Part shown: positions 56,798 through 64,000 of the stretch, piece by piece
Numbering within the stretch: the first letter of the stretch is position 1
Layout of the letters: each line of letters opens with the position of its first letter
Position numbers and translations under genes: made by a program
NCBI GenBank assembly: GCA_964016885.1
Contig: OZ024748.1
Location: 19,034,001-19,098,000, forward strand
From: Eledone cirrhosa
Lineage: Eukaryota
DNA length: 64,000 nucleotides
Direction of reading: 5' to 3'
The notes under the pieces: generated by a model
Told to the model about the DNA's origin: nothing
Database searches by the model: none
The model's input: the letters and a program-made list of their open reading frames with translations, nothing else

Positions 56798-57434
56798 CAG
56801 AAAGACACAGATGGATAGACATGTGTGTGTGTGTGTGTGTGTGTGCACGTGTGTATGAAAAAAGGAAAAAAAGAGAGCTAGATGGACACACAAACACACC
56901 CATGGACAGTGCGTGTGCGCATGTGCATACATGTATTTGTGTGTGCGTGTGTATGAGTATGCGTATGCACGTGTTTATAAAAGAGATAGAGAGAGATGGA
57001 CATACGCACACACGCACACACACACACACACATACACACATACATAATTAGACATGGACAGTGTGTGCATGTATGTTTGTGTATGTGTGTGTGTGTGCGT
57101 GTGTATGAGTATGCGTATGCACGTGTTTATAAAAGAGATAGAGAGAGATGGACATACGCACACACGCACACACACACACACACATACTTAATTAGACATG
57201 GACAGTGTGTGCGTGTGTGTTTGTGTGTGTGTGTGTGTGTGTGAGTGATAGTGAGTGAGTGAAAGAAATAGTGAAAGAGAGGGACACAGACAGAGAGAGG
57301 GGGAGAGAGAGAGAGGGGGAGAGAGAGGGAGAGAGGGGGAAGTTAGACAAATCAAAGTTTTAGTGAAGAAAGAAAGAAAGAAAGAACTGATAGTAAAACA
57401 GTTCCAGTTGATAAATTACTATAGGGGAGGGTAA

Positions 57435-57610
57435 CAAGTGGTTGTGGTCGTCAGTTGATTACTTCGCCTAGTATATTACGGGTCTCAGACGGCCAAGTGA
57501 TATTTGTTCCGGCTCTTTGAGACCTGATTTCAAATCCCACCGAGGTCAACTTTGCCTTTCACCCTTTCGAGGTCGATAAATAAAGTACCAGTCGAATACT
57601 GGGTCGATTC
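57435..57610 (+). mobile_element. Diverged SINE A-type copy
   Basis: TCAAATCCCACCGAGGTCAACTTTGCCTTTCA..GGTCGATAAA. Confidence 0.75.
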
Positions 57611-57915
57611 TTCGCCCTCTCTTCGCCCTCCACTCTCTGTATGTCTTTGAAAGAAATCGGCTGTGTTTCGAGACTGGAATGGCTTGGGCTCCACTAGGTT
57701 TAAAATACTCAAGAGAGCCCACCTTCCTTACGACATCATCAGGAATTGAGGACCCACTGTATAGCCCCAGGGAAATAAACTTCACTGGGTTTGAACTCGG
57801 GACCTATAGGTACAGAAGCACACTATATAAATCATTGGCTTATTTCACTTAAAATGACTGTGTCCTATCCTCGTTAGAACTACAGCCAAAACCACCACTT
57901 ATGACAGAGTTAGAT

Positions 57916-58695
57916 CTACTACCACCTATACAATCATAGTCAGCACCACACCACAACTACAACATAGGTACTGGCTCCACTTCCGCCTATACCACCACTC
58001 TCAGTATCGCTCTACAACTACAGTATGACTACTGGTTACACTACCACCTATACAATCATAGTCAGCACCACACCACAACTACAACATAGGTACTGGCTCC
58101 ACTTCCGCCTATACCACCACACTCAGTATCGCTCTACAACTACAGTATGACTACTGGTTACACTACCACCTATACAATCATAGTCAGCACCACACCACAA
58201 CTACAACATAGGTACTGGCTCCACTTCCGCCTATACCACCACACTCAGTATCGCTCTACAACTACAGTATGACTACTGGTTACACTACCACCTATACAAT
58301 CATAGTTTGCACCACACCGCAACTACAACATGGGTACTGGCTCCACTTCCGCCTATACCACCACTCTCAGTATCGCTCTACAACTACAGTATGACTACTG
58401 GTTACACTACCACCTATACAATCATAGTTTGCACCACACCGCAACTACAACATGGGTACTGGCTCCACTTCCGCCTATACCACCACTCTCAGTATCGCTC
58501 TACAACTACAGTATGACTACTGGTTACACTACCACCTATACAATCATAGTTTGCACCACACCGCAACTACAACATGGGTACTGGCTCCACTTCCGCCTAT
58601 ACCACCACTCTCAGTATCGCTCTACAACTACAGTATGACTACTGGTTACACTACCACCTATACAATCATAGTTTGCACCACACCACAACTACAAC
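57916..58695. repeat. 122-bp tandem repeat, ~6.4 copies, grading into degenerate ACTACCACCTATACC repeats up to ~60140
   Basis: Identical phase at 58330, 58452 and 58574. Confidence 0.95.
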
Positions 58696-61099
58696 ACGCC
58701 TACTGGCTCCAATACCACTTCTACTACTTTATTCAGCACCGCACCACAACCACAACATGCGTGCTGGTTCCACTACCACCTATACCACCACACTTAGCAT
58801 CACACTACAACTACAGCATAACTACTGGTTACACTACCACATATACCACAACAACCACAACTATCACACGCCTTCTGGCGCCACTACCACCTATACTACT
58901 TTAGTCAGCACAACACTACAGCCACAACATGACTACTAGTTACACTACCACCTACAACAACTCCATATATATATATATCTACTGCCTCCTATACCATCTA
59001 AATTACGACAGTTTCAGTAGAACAACCACCTCAACCACCTCCGACAACACCACCACCACAACTACCACCACCACAACCACTACCACCCCCACCACCACCA
59101 CCACCACCACCACCACCACCACAACTACCACCACCACCACAACTACCACCACCACCACCTCCACCGCCACCACCACCATATTACAATAAGAATCATTCAA
59201 GAACACTTCGCCTAACGTGACTAGTAAATCCACTACCACCTATACCATCAAAGCTCCACTACCACCTATATCATCACAGCTCCACTACCACCTATACCAT
59301 CACAGCTCCACTACCACCTATACAATCACAGATCCGCTACAGTCACATCCACCACATATCACCACTAGATCCACTACCACCTATACCACCACAGATCCGC
59401 TACAGCCACATCCACCACATATCACCACTAGATCCACTACCACCTATACCACCACAGTTCCGCTATAGCCACAGCCACCACACATGACCACTAGATCCAC
59501 TACTACCTATACCACCACAGTTTCATTACAGTGACAACTATCACACATGACAACCAGACCCACTACCACCTATACCACCACAGTTCCGCTACAGTCACAA
59601 CCACCACATTTGACCGCTAGAACCACCACCACCTACACCACCACAGTTTCACTACCACCTATACCATCACAGCCTTACACAATTACAACCACCACACATG
59701 ACCACTAAATCCACTACCACCAATACCACCACAGTTCCGCTACAGTTACAACCACCACATTTGACCGCTAGATCAACTACCACCTATACTACAACAGTTC
59801 CGCTACCACCTATACCATCACAGCTCCACTACCATCTATACCACAACAGTTCCGCTACCACCTATACTATCACAGCTCCACAACCACCAATCCCATCACA
59901 GCTCTACTACCACCTATACTTCCACAGCCCCACTACAGTCACAACCACCTCACATGACCGCTAGATCCACCACCACCTTTACCATCACAGCTCCACCACC
60001 ACCACCTATACCATCACAGCTCCACCACCACCTATACCACCACAGCTCCACTACCACCTATACCACCTATACCACCACAGCTCCACTATAGCCACAACCA
60101 CCTCACATGACCGCTAGATCCACCACCATCCATACTACCACCGACACCAACATCCTTACATCAACAGATATCTCTTACATAATCACTACAAAGCCACAAT
60201 TTATGTAAACTGAAGTATTACACAATCCCGCTGAGGGAGGGAAGGGGGGGGGTCAGTTATATCTTTTATCTTTTCGGAATCGAAACTTCTTTTTGGAAAC
60301 TAATACTTCAGTTCAGGGTGATGCCTTGCGGTATTTGTTGTGTTTCTTGAAGTTCAAATCCCGATGTGGCCTATTTGGGTGGTAGATTTAACCCGTCGCC
60401 CGCTTTAACACTACCACCTGTTTGTTACGTGAGTTCTCTCCGCGGCAAGCATTTTGTTTAGGGCTCTGGTTTTGAGATGCCGTCCTTCTTCCTACCCGAT
60501 CAATCACTAAGGCATCATCCACTTTACCACCCCATCAATCACCGACGACGTTAGCCCTTTCCACCACCCTAGTAATCACAAAGACCCTTAACGCTCCCAC
60601 CCCGTCAATCACTGAGACCTCTTCCATAGTTGACCTGGGACTAAGAAACAACAATAACAACAGCGACGACGAAGTTCTCTCTCTCTCTCTCTCATACACA
60701 CACTCAGAGGCAAATACACACACTCTCACATACACGCTCATACACACTTGCAAACACACCCGCACACACACACACACGCTCACACACGCAGGCACACACA
60801 CACGCAAACACACCAACGCACACGTACGCTCATACACACCTCAACACTTGTCTTTATCGTATGTACCACACATCATCATAGTACACGGTTTCAATAATTT
60901 TCACATAGTACTTTCGTTTTTCTGAGTTCGATCCTTGGCTAATTAACTTAACTGAACTTTACTGCCCTCCCCGCTTCCTTCCTTCGTCTTACACAATGTA
61001 GATACCAGTAATACACTGTGTCAATTACTCAGTCAAAAGGAATAATTACGTTCTCATTCTGCGTGTAGCGTAACCAGCACAGCATTATTGGTGCCCCTG

Positions 61100-61289
61100 G
61101 GGCGGTGAAATTGGCAGTATCGGTAGAGGGTCGGACACCATGCTTTGCAGCATAGAGTTACGTTCTTTTACGATCTGAGTTCAAATCCCGCCGAGGTTAA
61201 CTTTGCCTTTCATTCTTACGGGGGTCGATAAAATAAAGTACCAGTAATACACTGGGATAATTGCTGGCCTCGTGCTAAAAATAGAAACA
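61100..61289 (+). mobile_element. SINE family A with 16-bp TSD
   Basis: ATTATTGGTGC(C/T)CCTG at 61084 and 61290. Confidence 0.9.
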
Positions 61290-61548
61290 ATTATTGGTGC
61301 TCCTGACCCCAGAGCAAAACAATGCACTAGGGCCACTTAGTTACAAATTCACACTATACATAAATTAGCATTGGACCCCTAGACCCAGTAAACCTTTCAA
61401 GCAATGCACTAGGGCCCTTTACATACAAAACCACAGCATGCATAAATTAGCATTGGGCCCCTATATCCAGTAAACCCTTGCATTGAGGCAACTATATACA
61501 AAACCACAGCATACACATAGTAGCATTAGGCCCTTAGATCCAGTAAAG

Positions 61549-61781
61549 CAGGCATGTCAAACATGCGGCCCTTTACAAGCACACCTGCGACCCGCGCAAA
61601 GGTTTTTACAGCGCGAGCATGTTTTATCTTCGTAATATCAAATTTAAAAAAATTAGTTGTAATGTGCGCAATTAGTTGTCGTGTGTGGCCCTCAGACAGC
61701 ACATATGTGACCCATGTGGCCCTCAGACAACACATACGTGACCCATGTGGCCCTCGGGGGACCCTCAGTTTGACATGCCTG
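61549..61781. mobile_element. hAT (Charlie-like) MITE inserted in a ~75-80-bp degenerate tandem repeat (61310-61866)
   Basis: TIR CAGGCATGTCAAAC/GTTTGACATGCCTG; 8-bp flanks CAGTAAAG/GAGTAAAC (6/8 match). Confidence 0.85.
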
Positions 61782-62324
61782 GAGTAAACCTTTCAAATAA
61801 TGCATTGAGGCCACTACATACAAAATCACAGCATACATAGTTTAGCATTGGGACTCCAGACCCAGTGACCTCAATTCCTCTTTCTGACTGCTTTATGTAT
61901 GTGTGTGTATGTGATTGTGTGTGCGTGTGTATGAATGTGTGTGTGCATGTGTGTATGTTTGTGTGTGAGTGTATGTGTATGGATGGGAGTGTGTTTGTGC
62001 ATGTGTGTGTGCGTGTATGTGTGAGTGTATGTGTGAGTTTCTGTGTGCATGTGTGTATGTATGTGTGTGTTTCTGTGTTCATGTGTGTATGTAAGTATGT
62101 GTGTATGTAAGTATGTAGTATGTGTGTATGTAAATATGTAAGTATGTGTGTGTTTCTGTGTATATGTATGTTTGTGTATGTATATGTGTACGTAAGTATG
62201 TGTATGTATGTGTATGTGTTTATGTGTGTATGTATGTACGTCGAGGAAATATAGTATTTAAGAGTAAAGAAGACAACAATGTTTTGACGGTTGAGTGACA
62301 AGTGACTGACAGGTGGGGGTTTCA

Positions 62325-63365
62325 ATGTGTGACAACTGTGTGACCTGTGGGTGACCTGTGAGGACCAGCGTGGCTGGATCAGCACGTGACAATTGGACGA
62401 CTACTGTGTGACCACTGTATGGCCACTGTGTGACCATCGTGTGACCACTGTGTGACATATGTGTGACATGTGAGGACCAGCGTGGGTGGATCAGCCCGTG
62501 ACAACCGGACAACTTCAGTGTGACCACAATGTGGACACTGTATGGCTAATGTATGGCTAGTATGTGACCATCGTGTGACCACCGTGTGTGAGAGGTTGGC
62601 ACCAGTTCCAGCGTTTGTGGATCACCACGTGACAATTAGACGATACTGTGTGACCATGCTGTGACCAATGTAAGGCCCCTGTGTGACCAATTTGTGACCA
62701 CCGTGTGTAAGAGGTCGGCACCAGCCCCAGCGTGAGTGGATCACCACGTGACAATTAGACGATACTGTGTGACCATGCTGTGACCAATGTAAGGCCCCTG
62801 TGTGACCAATTTGTGACCACCGTGTGTAAGAGGTCGGCACCAGCCCCAGCGTGAGTGGATCACCACGTGACAATTAGACGACTACTGTGTAACCACTGTG
62901 TGACCTGTGTGACATGTGAAGACCGGCATGGGTGGATCAACACGTCACAACTGGACGATTACTGTGTGACCACTGTGTGACCACTGTGTGACCACTGTAT
63001 GGCAAATGTGTGACCACTGTGTGTGAGAGGTGGGCACCAGCGTATGTGGATCAACACGGGACAACTGGACGACTACTGTGTGATCTGTGTGGTGGACCAG
63101 GGTAGTGGGTGGACAAATATGGTGACATTTAGTGACAGATGATGACCAGTGTGTGATCTGTACAAGTGGATCTACGTTTGACAATTGTAGACAACCTGTC
63201 TGGCGACTGTGTGGTGGATCTGTTTGACGGACCAGTGCAGTGGGTGGACAAATAAGGTGACATTTAGCGACAGATGATGACCAGCGTGTAATCTGACCAT
63301 TGTAGAGTACCTGTCTGGTTACTATGTAATCTGTATGGTGGACCAGTGTGGTGGTCAAATGTGGT
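62325..63365. repeat. Degenerate GTGTGACCA-rich satellite with a 119-bp duplication
   Basis: GTGGATCACCACGTGACAATTAGACGA repeated at 119-bp spacing. Confidence 0.85.
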
Positions 63366-63654
63366 AACAGATGGTAAAAGATGATGATTAGTGTGTGTAT
63401 GTGTGGAGGGAGAATTGTTGTTTGTTATTTAACTCCTGATCAAAGCTGATCGATCAAGCCTAGAATCAAACACATTCCTGCCGTGGCTATCACGACTGCT
63501 GTTTACTATGTTTAACTAATCGCCCTAGCTTTGTGTGTGACCATGGTGACTGGGAATAATTTGGTGGTCAGAGAGTGACCAGTGTAAACAGTGTAGGGGA
63601 TCAGAGAGTGAGGAGTGTTGGAGATAAGGAAGTGACCAGTGTGCGAGACAAGAG

Positions 63655-64000
63655 ATTGACCAGAGAGTGACTAGTGTGGGAGACAAGTGCGTGACCAGTG
63701 TAGTAGACCACTGAGTGACCAGAGAGTGACCAGTGTGGGAGACAAGTGCGTGACCAGTGTAGTAGACCACTGAGTGACCAGAGAGTGACCAGTGTGGGAG
63801 ACAAGTGCGTGACCAGTGTAGTAGACCACTGAGTGACCAGAGAGTGACCAGTGTGGGAGACAAGTGCGTGACCAGTGTGGTAGACCACTGAGTGACCAGA
63901 GAGTGACCAGTGTGGGAGACAAGTGCGTGACCAGTGTGGTAGACCACTGAGTGGCCAGAGAGTGACCAGTGTGGGAGACAAGTGAGTGACCAGTGTAGTA
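63655..64000. repeat. 59-bp minisatellite running to the window end
   Basis: Unit AGAGAGTGACCAGTGTGGGAGACAAGTGCGTGACCAGTGTAGTAGACCACTGAGTGACC. Confidence 0.95.

Noticed and set aside
57916-60140. Thr/Pro-rich mucin-like or Gly-rich coding repeat
   Set aside because: Unit lengths (122 bp and ~26 bp) are not multiples of three and stops recur.

Overview
Eukaryotic, AT-rich, microsatellite-saturated non-coding DNA. The SINE families and (TA)n/(CA)n/(TATG)n load resemble an octopus or other coleoid cephalopod genome (inference). I found no supportable host protein-coding gene; nearly all ORFs in the track are microsatellite artefacts. The window holds tRNA-derived SINEs, decayed LINE ends (Penelope-like, R4/Dong-like, RTE, Tx1-like), MITEs and minisatellites. 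The main hidden signal is about 20 type-I hammerhead ribozyme (HHR) motifs on both strands in the first ~45.6 kb, from roughly 10 sequence families. They sit in small non-coding elements inserted in (TA)n tracts. Several are partial tandem repeats (460, 595 and 703 bp units), the architecture expected of retrozyme or circular-RNA-derived insertions. Two unrelated families carry a compensatory U3-A8 core (UUGAUAA), one has a branched loop II with a predicted pseudoknot, and several elements are fold-back palindromes centred on HHR stem II. Many share a GAGTRCT motif ~35-60 nt before the 3' junction. All folds were assigned by eye; none has been tested for activity.
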